A model generated the notes under the pieces. The model was not told the origin of the DNA and did no database searches. It saw nothing but the letters and a program-made list of their open reading frames with translations. Below, in pieces: positions 29,377 to 39,477 of a stretch of DNA of 64,000 bases (position 1 is its first letter; each line of letters begins with the position of its first letter). Made by a program: the position numbers and the translations under genes. Source of the DNA: Candidatus Bathyarchaeia archaeon (GTDB lineage: Archaea > Thermoproteota > Bathyarchaeia > Bathyarchaeales > Bathycorpusculaceae); the NCBI GenBank assembly GCA_049521795.1, contig JBEKOM010000004.1, positions 1-64,000 of the forward strand. The letters are read 5' to 3'.

Positions 29377-29904
29377 TCATCCGAGCGATTTTTCCGTTGG
29401 CTCTTCAAAATAGGGCGGAAACACCCATCCGCCAAAGAAGAACTCGTTGACAAAAACCAGTCTGTCCTCACCTATCCAAACGCACGAGCACCTGTGCACG
29501 TTATCGAGCTTCATCGAAGTCTCCAAATTGAGGAGTCTAGCCAGAACAGAATGCAAACTCTCGTGCTCCAACACGTTCAGCAGACTGTAAATCGTGAAGA
29601 GCCCCTGTCGCTTGTGCCAGTAAACGTTAATCGTTCTTAGTTCTGAGCTGTCAACCCAGCCGCCTCCGAGAAAATCCCGACGCTTAGGATTCTCTAAAAT
29701 CTCGCTTTTGGTCGGAACCCTCACGTTCACTACGCAAACCTCATTGCTCAAGGTTTGTGGGTCCATGAGAACTCTCTCAGTCGTTTTGCTTGCCGCGCGC
29801 TCTGCGATTTTTGCAAAGCTGGGCTTCGTGTTCATCTTTCTCCTCTTTATGCCAAGTCTGTCAAGGAAGCGCACTGTTGCTCGCTGAGCGATTGTTCGGG
29901 TCAC
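29377..29904 (-). CDS. Hypothetical protein with HExxH (zincin-like) motif
   Basis: VLEHESLHSVL...SMKLDNV; GTGA overlap with the upstream gene stop. Confidence 0.65.
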   Translation of the reverse strand: MTRTIAQRATVRFLDRLGIKRRKMNTKPSFAKIAERAASKTTERVLMDPQTLSNEVCVVNVRVPTKSEILENPKRRDFLGGGWVDSSELRTINVYWHKRQGLFTIYSLLNVLEHESLHSVLARLLNLETSMKLDNVHRCSCVWIGEDRLVFVNEFFFGGWVFPPYFEEPTEKSLG

Positions 29905-30413
29905 TTCTTTTCTGTGATGGGTTCTTGTCCTTCTATTCTCACCGTTGGTCTCGCCATGACTTCTCTTATTTGGTCCGCGACTTTCAACGGCTTCCTGACT
30001 TTTACCATCTTTATGTCGCTGTCACCTTGCGTACGAATGATTATTTTTCCAGAATTCACGATTCTCCCTGAAACCGATCTGATTACCTCTAGGTCTGAAA
30101 AACCAGCAGGAGCGACTACGAACGATTTTGAGGTTAATATTCCAGTCCTCACTTCTACACCATCGTTTCTAAGAATGTAGGTGTTTGAAGCTCTCAGGAT
30201 CAACAAGTGGATCAAACTGAGTACCCAGACCAAGAAAATTGCCAAGACCGTCCACAATATTATAGGTAAATTCAGAATCTGTGAGTTGCTCTCTACGTTG
30301 AAATAGAATTCAAGCCAAGAGATCACAACAGCTGCTAGGGCAGCCAAAATGCTTCTAGCCAGCACGTTGGGAAGTATCCAAGGTTTACCGGTCCAAAGCT
30401 CACGCGCCTTCAT
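29901..30413 (-). CDS. Bacterial PH-domain (bPH_2) membrane protein
   Basis: Two TM then Y.L....V.VRTGIL...RS..GRI...G.I.I; GGAGGAG SD before ATG 30413. Confidence 0.8.
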   Translation of the reverse strand: MKARELWTGKPWILPNVLARSILAALAAVVISWLEFYFNVESNSQILNLPIILWTVLAIFLVWVLSLIHLLILRASNTYILRNDGVEVRTGILTSKSFVVAPAGFSDLEVIRSVSGRIVNSGKIIIRTQGDSDIKMVKVRKPLKVADQIREVMARPTVRIEGQEPITEKK

Positions 30414-30639
30414 GTTCAGCTCCTCCTTCTGTGTCCTCATTCCTTTGCGTTTCTTTCCAGCCTCGCCAAGATAACACTGCAATCACAAAGGGTAATAATA
30501 TTGCGGTTGTTAGCACCGGAGTGCCATAAGGATCATAATTGTTGGATACCATCGAAATGAACGTTGAGAAGTAAGCGCCTAGCATGAGAAAACCTACGAT
30601 TGCAAAACCAATCGCATAATAAGACGCCAGGTGCCTCAT
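30400..30639 (-). CDS. Small 2-TM membrane protein
   Basis: 79 aa, two hydrophobic helices; overlaps the start of the PH-domain gene. Confidence 0.55.
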   Translation of the reverse strand: MRHLASYYAIGFAIVGFLMLGAYFSTFISMVSNNYDPYGTPVLTTAILLPFVIAVLSWRGWKETQRNEDTEGGAEHEGA

Positions 30640-30919
30640 TTTGGTTCACTTGCGAGATCGTTCGATTATAGTTTATGTTTGCGTTGAAGAGATTTGTGAA
30701 GTCAGAATGCAGATTGAGAATATGCGAGGCTTGTCTTTCCCGTGTATCTGGCATATCAGCACAGTTGATGAGAATCTTCCAGGCATTAACTTGGCAATGA
30801 TATTGACTAGTGCAGTAGCGATCTACCACTTGTAGAATCGAAGCATGCCTTTCTTTTCTTGACTTAACCGTTTGACCTTGACTCTTATCATGCTCCGTTC
30901 TGGGGGATGCACGCGCCCC

Positions 30920-31933
30920 TTATTCGAAAAGGCCGTTCTTTGGCTGAGCCACTGCAGGGATGCCCAGATTCTTGCGGATTTCTTTCGCTAGAGTTTCGCC
31001 GTAGTGGACGCGGAAGTTGTCGGTTATCACGAGTTTAGGCTTGGATAGGCGCACGTATTCGAGCAGACCATCGAAGTCCGAGTGGTCGCTTAGGGCCACT
31101 ACGTATTCTCTTTCGTCGACTTGGCGTATTGCGGAGTAGAATTCCCAGCCGCTCACGCAGATGCGGAAGTTATCCAGGTTCCCTTTGTTTTTTGAGAGCA
31201 TGTGGCTGAAGGTTATGCAAGGCGAGTTCTTTTCAAGCAGCTCGGTTGCCTCTTTTTCGGTTGACAGCATCAGCTTTCCGAGTCGCATTCCGTGTTTTTC
31301 GCAGACTTTTGAGATGCGGAAGACGTTTTCAGGCGTGATGAACGGGACGTTTACGTTGGCCTTGTTCAGTATCTCCATTACCTCTTGGAGTTTTCCATGG
31401 TAGCCGAAGATGCTTATCGGTCCATGTCCCAGTGCCTTCTCCACTAGAGAAATTAGGGAGTCTTGCACGTCTCTATGGAACCTGCGTCTGCAGTGTGGAC
31501 TTCCGTATGTGGCTTCGATAACGAGGATGTCTGAGCTGAGGATCGGGGTTTGGTCGATTCTGAAGTCGCCCGTGAACACAATTCGTTTTCCTTCAGGGTC
31601 CTCGACCATCACTTGGGCCGCGCCCAGTATGTGGTCTGCCTTATGGAAGGTTATTCGTTCGTCTCCGTACGTGATCGTTTGACCGTAGTCTAACGCTTTG
31701 ACGTGGCCTGCCATTAGGTAGAATGGCCCGCGCATAGCGTCGATCAGATCTTTCGTAGCCTTTGTCATCAATACGTTTCTGGACTTCTTGAGGCTCTGTG
31801 GAAGGCCAGTCATGTGGTCAGCGTGGGCGTGGGTCACGACGCGCAATGGTCGAGTCTCTTCGAAGGCGTCACACGCAACGCTGTGGCCGAGAAGTACGGC
31901 GCCTCTTTCGGTTATTGACGCTTTTTCAGACAC
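30920..31933 (-). CDS. Beta-CASP/MBL-fold nuclease
   Basis: THAHADH, HILGA, TGDF, EATYG, SDHSD. Confidence 0.85.
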   Translation of the reverse strand: MSEKASITERGAVLLGHSVACDAFEETRPLRVVTHAHADHMTGLPQSLKKSRNVLMTKATKDLIDAMRGPFYLMAGHVKALDYGQTITYGDERITFHKADHILGAAQVMVEDPEGKRIVFTGDFRIDQTPILSSDILVIEATYGSPHCRRRFHRDVQDSLISLVEKALGHGPISIFGYHGKLQEVMEILNKANVNVPFITPENVFRISKVCEKHGMRLGKLMLSTEKEATELLEKNSPCITFSHMLSKNKGNLDNFRICVSGWEFYSAIRQVDEREYVVALSDHSDFDGLLEYVRLSKPKLVITDNFRVHYGETLAKEIRKNLGIPAVAQPKNGLFE

Positions 31934-31954
31934 GCAGACATCGTCCTCTTGTCT

Positions 31955-32356
31955 TCATGGATTCATTGCCGTGAGCCAACCAACGACTAGTCGGGGGTCC
32001 TCTGCCTTTATTTTCACTTTTATCGGTCCTAGCGGTGACTCGCCTACTTCTTGCGAAAAAGAGACGTGACCTGCGTATGCCACCTGTTTATTCAGGCAGA
32101 AGTTGACGCTTCTTCTTTCTAATCCTTGAAGGAGCACTCCCCGTGCTGCGGCGCGAATGTGTTCTCTTTGCAGTATATTGTGAAAATTGGCTAGCGCTTC
32201 TTGCCCTGTTGCTTCTGCGAGCAAAAGGCTACCTCTGCGCAGGGGCTTTGTCTGCATGTTCATTGCTCCAAAAATCTTTTCAACTGCTTCTTTCACTTTC
32301 TGTTCGGATTCCGTTGGGTTGACTTCGACCTCGATGTGGACGCTCACTTTGTCCAT
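31955..32356 (-). CDS. DUF54/UPF0201 family RNA-binding protein
   Basis: VNPTES..KV, LNKQVAYAG, PLGPI. Confidence 0.85.
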   Translation of the reverse strand: MDKVSVHIEVEVNPTESEQKVKEAVEKIFGAMNMQTKPLRRGSLLLAEATGQEALANFHNILQREHIRAAARGVLLQGLERRSVNFCLNKQVAYAGHVSFSQEVGESPLGPIKVKIKAEDPRLVVGWLTAMNP

Positions 32357-32913
32357 TTGTTCTCAACTTTTTCCAGGATTCTTCTAATTCTGCCCTTCAC
32401 AACGTCGAATGGTTCCTCGTTTACTACCATCTCTTCGGCCATGGCTATGGCGCTGCCCAAACCGACGCTCAACTCTCGCGTGTCTCTTTCAAGGAATACT
32501 TTCCATTGGCTTGCATCGTCGCTTCTGCGGCGGTGGTACAGGCGTTGGAATCGTGTGTCGGGAGAAGCATGTATGGCGATCAGGCTGAATATTGGGTAGT
32601 GTTTTTTGAATTCTTCGATTTCATCTAGGCTTCTTATTCCGTCCACGATCACTTTCTGTCCCTTTGTGCTGGCTATTTTTGGAACGCATCTTTTCGCTAT
32701 GACTGCGCTTCCGTCTTTCTGTCGCAGGTCAAGCATCACTTTTCCGATGTTTTCAGGTGTCGGTTGCAGGTTTCTCTTTTTCGCTTCCTCTCTGACAACG
32801 TCACCCATTGCGACGGCTTCGTAGCCTTTTTCTTTCTGCGCGAGTTCAACAACTAGGGATTTGCCTGACCCGGGCATTCCCGCGACACCTAGGACAAGCT
32901 TATCCTCTGTCAT
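32344..32913 (-). CDS. UPF0200 P-loop kinase (dephospho-CoA kinase-like)
   Basis: GMPGSGKS, MGDVVR, DGIRS, RDTREL..G. Confidence 0.88.
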   Translation of the reverse strand: MTEDKLVLGVAGMPGSGKSLVVELAQKEKGYEAVAMGDVVREEAKKRNLQPTPENIGKVMLDLRQKDGSAVIAKRCVPKIASTKGQKVIVDGIRSLDEIEEFKKHYPIFSLIAIHASPDTRFQRLYHRRRSDDASQWKVFLERDTRELSVGLGSAIAMAEEMVVNEEPFDVVKGRIRRILEKVENKWTK

Positions 32914-33012
32914 CTTTTCCTTTCACCGTTGTTTTTCTTTTGACAGATAGTTTTTTACACGTTAAAAGCGTTTATGAAATGAATGAGGCAAAAACGCGCG
33001 GGAGAAGTAGGC

Positions 33013-33582
33013 ATGGTTGAGATGGTTAGATGTTTCGTGGCTTTCGACATTGATAGTGAAGCTGTCAAGAAGAAGTTGACTGAAGTGCAAACGTTGCTGG
33101 TCAACACAGGGGCTGACTTAAAGGTTGTTGAACCTGCAAATATTCATATAACGATGCGGTTCTTAGGCGACGTGAGGTCGGATTCTGTTGAGAAGATTTT
33201 TGAGGCTATGAAGAAGGCGCTGTTTGCTCCTTTTGACGTGAAGATTCAAGGTGTCGGTGCTTTTCCAGACGTGCGCTACCCACGTGTCGTGTGGGCAGGA
33301 ATAACTCAGGGGGCTAACGATCTGCGGAGCATTTCGAGTCAGTTGGAACCTCACTTACAGGCTTTGGGGTTTGCGCCGGACCCTAAGGGCTTCAGCCCGC
33401 ACTTGACGATTGCGCGCGTCAGGAGCCCACGGAACAAGGCGGAGCTCGCCAAATTCGTGACCGAAAACGTCGGTTTTCAGTTTGGTGTAGTTAGAGCGGC
33501 TTGTTTGAGGCTGAAAAAGAGCGTCTTAACGCCGACAGGACCCATTTATTCGACCCTCAAAGAGGTTTGTCCGCAGGGATGA
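33013..33582 (+). CDS. thpR: RNA 2',3'-cyclic phosphodiesterase (2H family)
   Basis: Two HxT motifs (HITMRFLG, PHLTIAR). Confidence 0.93.
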   Translation: MVEMVRCFVAFDIDSEAVKKKLTEVQTLLVNTGADLKVVEPANIHITMRFLGDVRSDSVEKIFEAMKKALFAPFDVKIQGVGAFPDVRYPRVVWAGITQGANDLRSISSQLEPHLQALGFAPDPKGFSPHLTIARVRSPRNKAELAKFVTENVGFQFGVVRAACLRLKKSVLTPTGPIYSTLKEVCPQG

Positions 33583-33598
33583 ACAGAAGGATCAGTCA

Positions 33599-35029
33599 AT
33601 GCAGCACGAGAAGCAAAGAGTCCTTGCAACCGTTTTGAAGCGGGCAACGCCGAAAAAGGATGAACGGGCCAACATAGGGGCCCTAGCTAGGAAGCTTGAG
33701 AGAAAAGTCACTTCGGCCTCGAAACAGTTTGGCCTCAAGGCCAAAGTGCGTGTTGAAGGTTCTGTTGCCAAGGATACTTGGCTGAGCGGTGAGCCGGACG
33801 TAGACGTTTTCATGCGTGTTCCAGTGTCTATTCCCCGCGACTCTTTAGGCGAGGTTTGCCTGAAAGTGGCCAAAGAAGCCACAAAAGGCTCGGAACAGAT
33901 TGAACGGTTTGCTGAGCACCCGTACCTTGAGGCTTTCGTTGATGGCACGAGAGTGAACGTTGTGCCCTGCTACGCTACAAAACGCGGGGAATGGTTGAGC
34001 GCCACGGACAGAACGCCCTTTCACACGGACTACATCAACAAGAATCTGGATGTGCAGATGCGGGGTCAGGTGCGGCTGCTCAAGAAGTTCATGAAGGGCA
34101 TCGGCGTCTACGGCGCTGAGATCAAGGTCGGCGGCTTCAGCGGGTACCTTTGCGAACTCTTAGTTCTGCATCACGGGTCCTTTTTGGACGCTGTTGAGGC
34201 GTTTGCGAAGTACAAACAAAGAATGGTCATCGATATTGAAGACTTCTACGGGAAGAGACAGAGGGAGGTTGACCTTTTGTTTGAGGATCCTTTGGTGGTT
34301 GTTGACCCTGTTGATAAGGCGAGAAACGTGGCTTCTGCCGTGCGCAAGCAGAACCTCGACATGTTCATAGCCGCAGCACAGGCGTTTATGAAAAGGCCCA
34401 ACTTGAACTTCTTCTATCCGCCCCCGACGATTCCCATGAATGCAGGCAAGATGAAGAAGACGCTGGAGAGGCGTCGTCAAGGGCCAACGACTGTCTTCGT
34501 AGCGTTTGGAAGGGTTGACGCTGTGCCCGACATCCTGTGGGGTCAGCTCTACAAGTCCCTTCGTTCAATGCACAAGCTTGTCAGCCTGAGCGACTTTTCG
34601 CTTCTGAGAGATTTTGCTTGGAGCGATGAGAAGGATTTTAACGTCTTTGGCTTTGAGCTTGAACACTGCTGCATCCCAGAAGTTAAGAAGCATCTAGGGC
34701 CGCCACTAGAGAAAGAGAGTGAGTGTGAAAAGTTCCTGTTAAGGCATCAGAACGCATCAAAAACGGTTTCGGGGCCTTACATAGAGGACGGCCGCTGGGT
34801 CGTGGAGGTTCGAAGAAACTATACAGACGCTTGCGCGTTGCTTCGTGAAAAACTGAAGGATGGCGGGAAGAACGCCGGAGTAGCCGAAGGGATTTCGCAC
34901 GTGTTGAAGAAAGGCTTCAGAGTGCTTGCGAACGAAGAGGTTGTTAAGGTCTATGAGAAGAATAACGAGTTTGCTGAGTTTCTAACTGATTTTCTCTCGG
35001 GCAAGCCGAAGTGGCTGGAAGCCGCTTGA
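33599..35029 (+). CDS. cca: Class I CCA-adding enzyme
   Basis: GSVAKDTWL..DVD, AEHPY, DRTPFH, GFSGYLCEL, DPVD..RNVA. Confidence 0.97.
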   Translation: MQHEKQRVLATVLKRATPKKDERANIGALARKLERKVTSASKQFGLKAKVRVEGSVAKDTWLSGEPDVDVFMRVPVSIPRDSLGEVCLKVAKEATKGSEQIERFAEHPYLEAFVDGTRVNVVPCYATKRGEWLSATDRTPFHTDYINKNLDVQMRGQVRLLKKFMKGIGVYGAEIKVGGFSGYLCELLVLHHGSFLDAVEAFAKYKQRMVIDIEDFYGKRQREVDLLFEDPLVVVDPVDKARNVASAVRKQNLDMFIAAAQAFMKRPNLNFFYPPPTIPMNAGKMKKTLERRRQGPTTVFVAFGRVDAVPDILWGQLYKSLRSMHKLVSLSDFSLLRDFAWSDEKDFNVFGFELEHCCIPEVKKHLGPPLEKESECEKFLLRHQNASKTVSGPYIEDGRWVVEVRRNYTDACALLREKLKDGGKNAGVAEGISHVLKKGFRVLANEEVVKVYEKNNEFAEFLTDFLSGKPKWLEAA

Positions 35030-35104
35030 AGATGCCCGTCTCGACGAGGCTCTGAGCGGTCAAGGGTAAAATGCGAAGTTAGAGCTTTTGCCACTGCATT
35101 ATTG

Positions 35105-35449
35105 CTACTTGTCCAGTATGATGCTGAAGAGCTGTGCTACTTTCACGCCTATTGGAAGTCCGAGAAGTAGACTTTTTAGGCTGACCGCATGGTAATGAGC
35201 AGTAATGGATTCTAGGTTCTTCGGTTGTTCAAGCCAAACATTGAAGTCGGCAACTTCCCTTGAGACCTCTGCCTCCAGTTTTCTCTTAGTCTCTGTGTCG
35301 GCCATTTCATAGTCGGCTCTGCGCGTTCTGATTGTCTCCAAGATGTTTCGTCGGCTATACTCCGCGTAGAGTCCGAAGCTTTTGGGCTCTCTCTTCCAAG
35401 TGTCACGTGTCGCTAGCTCGGCTGTAAGTTCCTCATTCTTCGATTGCAT
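35105..35449 (-). CDS. Hypothetical protein
   Basis: 114-aa ORF filling the intergenic space; no recognisable motif. Confidence 0.6.
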   Translation of the reverse strand: MQSKNEELTAELATRDTWKREPKSFGLYAEYSRRNILETIRTRRADYEMADTETKRKLEAEVSREVADFNVWLEQPKNLESITAHYHAVSLKSLLLGLPIGVKVAQLFSIILDK

Positions 35450-35534
35450 GTGGAAAGCTTTCTGGCTGCAGGATATCTTGCTTGTGAAAGCTCTGTTCAG
35501 ATTCAGAATTCACACGAGACCTATGCATACGTGG

Positions 35535-36347
35535 TCAGAAACTGTGCAGCGTAAGAGCTATCAGAGCGATGCCCAGTGGCAATGTGTAGAATGCGAAGTA
35601 ATGGAATCTCTTTGTTCTCACCAAGTTTGAGACGAGTCTTATCGCTATGTAGCCTACTATGGCTGCTAGGACCATTCCGGCTGTAAGCTCTATGGGACCT
35701 ATGGTTGTGAGTGCCAGTTGGCCGCGTTGCAGGTAGGCCTCGACTATTAGGTCTCCGATTACGGCTGGGATTGAGAGTAGGAAAGAGAACCTGAACGCCT
35801 TTTCCCTCTTTAATCCGAGGAGCAGCGCGGTCGAAATGGTCATTCCGCTTCTTGAAAGACCTGCGAAAGATGCGAGGCCTTGAGCTGTGCCCATAAGCAG
35901 GGCTATCGAGACAGTTATGACGTCCGTGTTTTCTTTTCCCATTTTAGAGATGTAAAGCCAAGTTGCGCCTATTATGAAGGCTATCCCAATGGCCAAGAAC
36001 ATGACGAAAGTGTTTGCTGTAAAATACGGTTCCAGGAATTTCGCGTACGTTAGACCGATTATTCCTGTAGGAATGGTTGCAACCACTATCAGGGGTATCA
36101 GATGACCGTATTCTGACTTGAACTCAAAGTGTGCAAGTGCAACGAGTATGTTCATGACGTCTTTTCTGAAGTAGAAGATGACTACGAAGAGTGTTCCAAC
36201 GTGCAATGCAACGTCGAAGAGCGGCGTAGCCGGAAACGCAAGCAGCTGCTGAGCTATTTTGAGGTGGGCAGTGCTTGATATGGGAAGCCACTCGGCGAGA
36301 CCCTGAATTATTCCCAGGATGATGGTTTTGACCAACTGTTCAAACAT
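35535..36347 (-). CDS. uppP: Undecaprenyl-diphosphate phosphatase (BacA)
   Basis: QGLAEWLPISSTAH, GLSRSG, FSFLLSIP. Confidence 0.93.
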   Translation of the reverse strand: MFEQLVKTIILGIIQGLAEWLPISSTAHLKIAQQLLAFPATPLFDVALHVGTLFVVIFYFRKDVMNILVALAHFEFKSEYGHLIPLIVVATIPTGIIGLTYAKFLEPYFTANTFVMFLAIGIAFIIGATWLYISKMGKENTDVITVSIALLMGTAQGLASFAGLSRSGMTISTALLLGLKREKAFRFSFLLSIPAVIGDLIVEAYLQRGQLALTTIGPIELTAGMVLAAIVGYIAIRLVSNLVRTKRFHYFAFYTLPLGIALIALTLHSF

Positions 36348-36412
36348 GGGCAGCGTCTCTAGTCTTGATTTTGAAAGATTAAATAACGAAGCTTATTAAT
36401 TCTTTATGGCGG

Positions 36413-36961
36413 GTGCAATGTGTGATCGGCTATCCGGCTGGAAACGCTGAAGACCGAGAAATGCTGAAGAAGATGCCTGCGGAGAAGTTTCTGGACTATT
36501 TCTTTCTACAGATACGAAACCTCTGGAGAGTTGACGGATTATACTTCCTAGGCATTGAGAAGAAGTTTGGCACAGAGGCCGCAACCGACGTTGACGCCGG
36601 AGTCTGGGAGGCCATGGCAGAGATCGAAGCAAAGAGTCTCCAACGCATGTTTGATGTGGGCGAAAACCCGGATGTTACAAAGATCATGAGCCTTCTGCAT
36701 AGATCAAGCTGGGCTCTAGACCAGCCGTTCAAAACGATCGTAGCGGGCAGCAAACGAGCAGTTTTGAGCATAGACCGCTGCAGAACACAGGAAGCACGTT
36801 TGAGCAAGGGCCTCGAGGAATTTCCGTGCAAAAAAGTGCGGTTCGGCTACTTGAAGAACTTTGCGACGACATTAAATCCCAACGTTAAAGTGAACTGTCT
36901 GAGATGCCCGCCTGACAAGCATCCAAAAGACGCATGGTGCAAATGGGAATTTACACTATAA
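36413..36961 (+). CDS. DUF6125-like metal-binding protein (start may be 36461)
   Basis: DGLYFL, CRTQ.AR, FPCK, CPPD.HP...WC.WEF. Confidence 0.8.
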   Translation: MQCVIGYPAGNAEDREMLKKMPAEKFLDYFFLQIRNLWRVDGLYFLGIEKKFGTEAATDVDAGVWEAMAEIEAKSLQRMFDVGENPDVTKIMSLLHRSSWALDQPFKTIVAGSKRAVLSIDRCRTQEARLSKGLEEFPCKKVRFGYLKNFATTLNPNVKVNCLRCPPDKHPKDAWCKWEFTL

Positions 36962-37386
36962 CTGGTAGTTTTGACGTTGTTATTTCTCACACTCTCAGAA
37001 GGCTTGTGGACGTGAAATTGGTAAAGAGACGTGATGAGGGGCACAAGAACGTCTCTTATGTTATCACCAAAAAGGGCTACAAACAGCTTAGCTTACTTCA
37101 CGTCAACCAAACACTTTCAGAAATGACACCTGTTGAAGTTCAAGTCATAGAATTTCTGATGCATGAATTGACCACCATCGTTGACATCACGACACCGTAT
37201 GGTGCAAGTATTGAAAACTACTTGAAGAATCTGAGAGCCAAGTTGAATGATGACACCGTAATAGAGCAAGCTAAAGCTCTTCTCGATGACCCCAGAAAGC
37301 TCTATGCAGAGTATTCCAAGAATTTACAGCGATACGAAAGAAAGAGACAGCTCTCAAAAACGAGGTCGTTTCACCAAGGTTCATAA
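36962..37386 (+). pseudogene. N-terminally truncated winged-HTH regulator at the left island junction
   Basis: Begins at the recognition helix/wing (ISHTLRRLVDVKLV...YVITKKG); helices 1-2 are absent; its only ATG lies inside the upstream gene. Confidence 0.55.
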
Positions 37387-37509
37387 GCGGGCGCTTTTTG
37401 TTGCGATAGCGCCAGAATGACAAGGGCAGGATATTGATTTGTCCTTCTGAAGTCTTATAAATGTTGAATCTCCCACAGCATTGTAGAAAGACCATAAGAG
37501 AGATAGTCC

Positions 37510-37833
37510 ATGCCTACTTGTGAGAACGTATTACTCCATGAAAAAAACAATGGTGGTTATGGTCTCGCAATTATAGCCAAATTCGAAGAACCATTTCCTG
37601 TTAGCTACATAATTCGTGTGACTACACCCCAAGGTGTTCAGGCTGATTTTGTAAGCACTCTCGATGGGTTCAAGAATATTGGAGAGTTGCTGACTGCCCT
37701 TCATTATTTCGCTGGAACCAAACTTTATCCCAAGAATACCGAAAGGCTCAGAGAGGTTTTGACAGCAGATCAAATCAAGAATTTTGCAGAACTCTTGAAA
37801 TCAGGGAAGTTTGGTGCGCAGCCGTTGCGTTGA
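37510..37833 (+). CDS. Hypothetical protein
   Basis: 107 aa; TTATAAA about 50 nt upstream. Confidence 0.65.
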   Translation: MPTCENVLLHEKNNGGYGLAIIAKFEEPFPVSYIIRVTTPQGVQADFVSTLDGFKNIGELLTALHYFAGTKLYPKNTERLREVLTADQIKNFAELLKSGKFGAQPLR

Positions 37834-37864
37834 CTCAGCGCGTGCACTACTTGGGTGAATAAGG

Positions 37865-37915
37865 TCGAAATCGCCACTCCCGATGCCCTGATTTCGAGTT
37901 TGTTGTTCTTTTTTT
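37865..37915 (+). terminator. Hairpin plus T-tract, putative terminator
   Basis: TCGAAATC...GATTTCGA inverted repeat followed by TTTGTTGTTCTTTTTTT. Confidence 0.45.
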
Positions 37916-38041
37916 GAAACCATCCAGCGTATGTTATGGATGCTCCTGTTCAGACTGCGTTATTAATAAAAGTGCAAGATACGATATAAGAAAAGATAAG
38001 GCAGCGCAGGCGAAAAGTCGAGGGTTCAGTAGGTTTCTGCT

Positions 38042-38698
38042 ATGGTTTCAAAAAAGCAGTTAGTTCAGATAACCGAAGCAGCGATAGACCGATTGATAAA
38101 GACGTTCAGAGCAAACCCGTATTTCTTCTATACTGAAAACGACTTGCACTGCCATTTGTTCAGTGAGATATTCAGCAGGCTACAGCCGAGAGATTGGCAA
38201 TGCAAGACTATGGACAACAAGAACAGCATTTTGCTTCATAAAGAGTATCCCACAAAAGCAAGATATGTGGCAAGAACGCCAGCAGAAGTTTCGTCCGGTG
38301 GCGCGAGAGGTCATTTTGACTTGTGCATTTGGAACCCGGATACAACTGGAGACAGACTGTTTCGAGCCTTAAATTCAAACTTTCAAGATGAACAGCACAC
38401 CTTCATCGGAATAGAATTTGATATGATTGAAGGAAACCGCACTCTTGAAAGTGCTCTACATCATTTCAGATGGGACCTACTGAAGCTCAGAGGAGAAAAG
38501 AACGAGGTTGAGCATGGCTATCAATTTGCTTTTGTCAGAGACTGGCTTCACAAAGACAATTTCATTACTAAAGCCAGAAATGAAGCGGCAGAAGCAAAAA
38601 ACACTACCGTTCTTTACATCGAGAAAGACAAAGACTGTGTTGATGTAATCATCTTGTCACCAAGACCTCTCTTGAAGTATGGGCCGATAGGCAAGTAG
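38042..38698 (+). CDS. Putative PD-(D/E)XK-superfamily nuclease
   Basis: FYTENDL, HKEYPT, RGHFDLCI, IGIEF...DLLKL pattern of restriction-endonuclease-like folds. Confidence 0.6.
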   Translation: MVSKKQLVQITEAAIDRLIKTFRANPYFFYTENDLHCHLFSEIFSRLQPRDWQCKTMDNKNSILLHKEYPTKARYVARTPAEVSSGGARGHFDLCIWNPDTTGDRLFRALNSNFQDEQHTFIGIEFDMIEGNRTLESALHHFRWDLLKLRGEKNEVEHGYQFAFVRDWLHKDNFITKARNEAAEAKNTTVLYIEKDKDCVDVIILSPRPLLKYGPIGK

Positions 38699-38891
38699 TG
38701 GTGCCTCTGTCCAGCGCGCGGATAGTTCTTGGAGAGTTTTATGAGTATGAAGGTTGAATGATATTGGGTTGTCAGGGTGAAGAAACGGTTTGAAGTTGAG
38801 TTTGCTATTGACGATTTGAAAGCCGTAAAAATTGCTGGAAGGTTGTTCAATCAATTCTACAGCGCGGGCTTGTATTTGAACTAGAACGGGC

Positions 38892-39359
38892 TTATTTTCT
38901 GCTGAGCCACTCCTTCAATGCTAGAGCTTTGGGTCCAGGTCCTCCACTTGCTGGGAACAGCACTTTGACCCCATATTGTGCTAGGTTTGGCAAGGCTGCC
39001 GCATACTCTTTGCCCATTGATATGAAGATTTCAGAATACTTCCTCTTTCCGAGTTTGTTTCTTAAGTAACTCTCGTTCATCACTTTAGCATTGTCTACTG
39101 TCTTTCTCAGAATGGTCTTGCCACCCCAATGTCTTCCTTCAGGCTCGCTATAAGGCATAGGGGCTGAGCCATCGACAAGCGTTAAATCATCTACCATAAC
39201 TACAACATCTATATCCTTAACGTCACCTAAATGCTTTCTAGCTACTCTTGAGAACAAGCCGTCATAACGTTCAAAAGCAGGTAAGAGGCATTCATCTTTC
39301 CTGCGCCTAAAAGATGGTCCTAGAATCAGCAGTCGCCGTGTCGTTGTCAAGTCACCCAA
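38892..39359 (-). CDS. DUF6884/YaaA-like protein
   Basis: LLILGPS..R....LPAFERYDG.F..V, I.MGKEY..AL, G.G.K...LK.WL. Confidence 0.7.
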   Translation of the reverse strand: MGDLTTTRRLLILGPSFRRRKDECLLPAFERYDGLFSRVARKHLGDVKDIDVVVMVDDLTLVDGSAPMPYSEPEGRHWGGKTILRKTVDNAKVMNESYLRNKLGKRKYSEIFISMGKEYAAALPNLAQYGVKVLFPASGGPGPKALALKEWLSRK

Positions 39360-39374
39360 TCCACCAAGAAATAG

Positions 39375-39443
39375 ATGATTAAATCATTTATAAAATAATA
39401 ACTCGCACTCCCGGGCTGTTCAGAGCTTCATGAAGCTTTAATA
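39375..39443. promoter_or_regulatory. Divergent promoter region with palindromes
   Basis: ATGATT-A-AATCAT (39375-39387) beside TTTATAAA; perfect 14-bp AGCTTCATGAAGCT (39424-39437) abutting TTTAATA. Confidence 0.5.
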
Positions 39444-39477
39444 TTGTCAAAATAGTAGATATTTTGGGTGGCAGCTT

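Noticed and set aside
38759-38761. In-frame TGA as possible selenocysteine
   Set aside because: No selenoprotein-like context or visible SECIS; gene decay is more parsimonious
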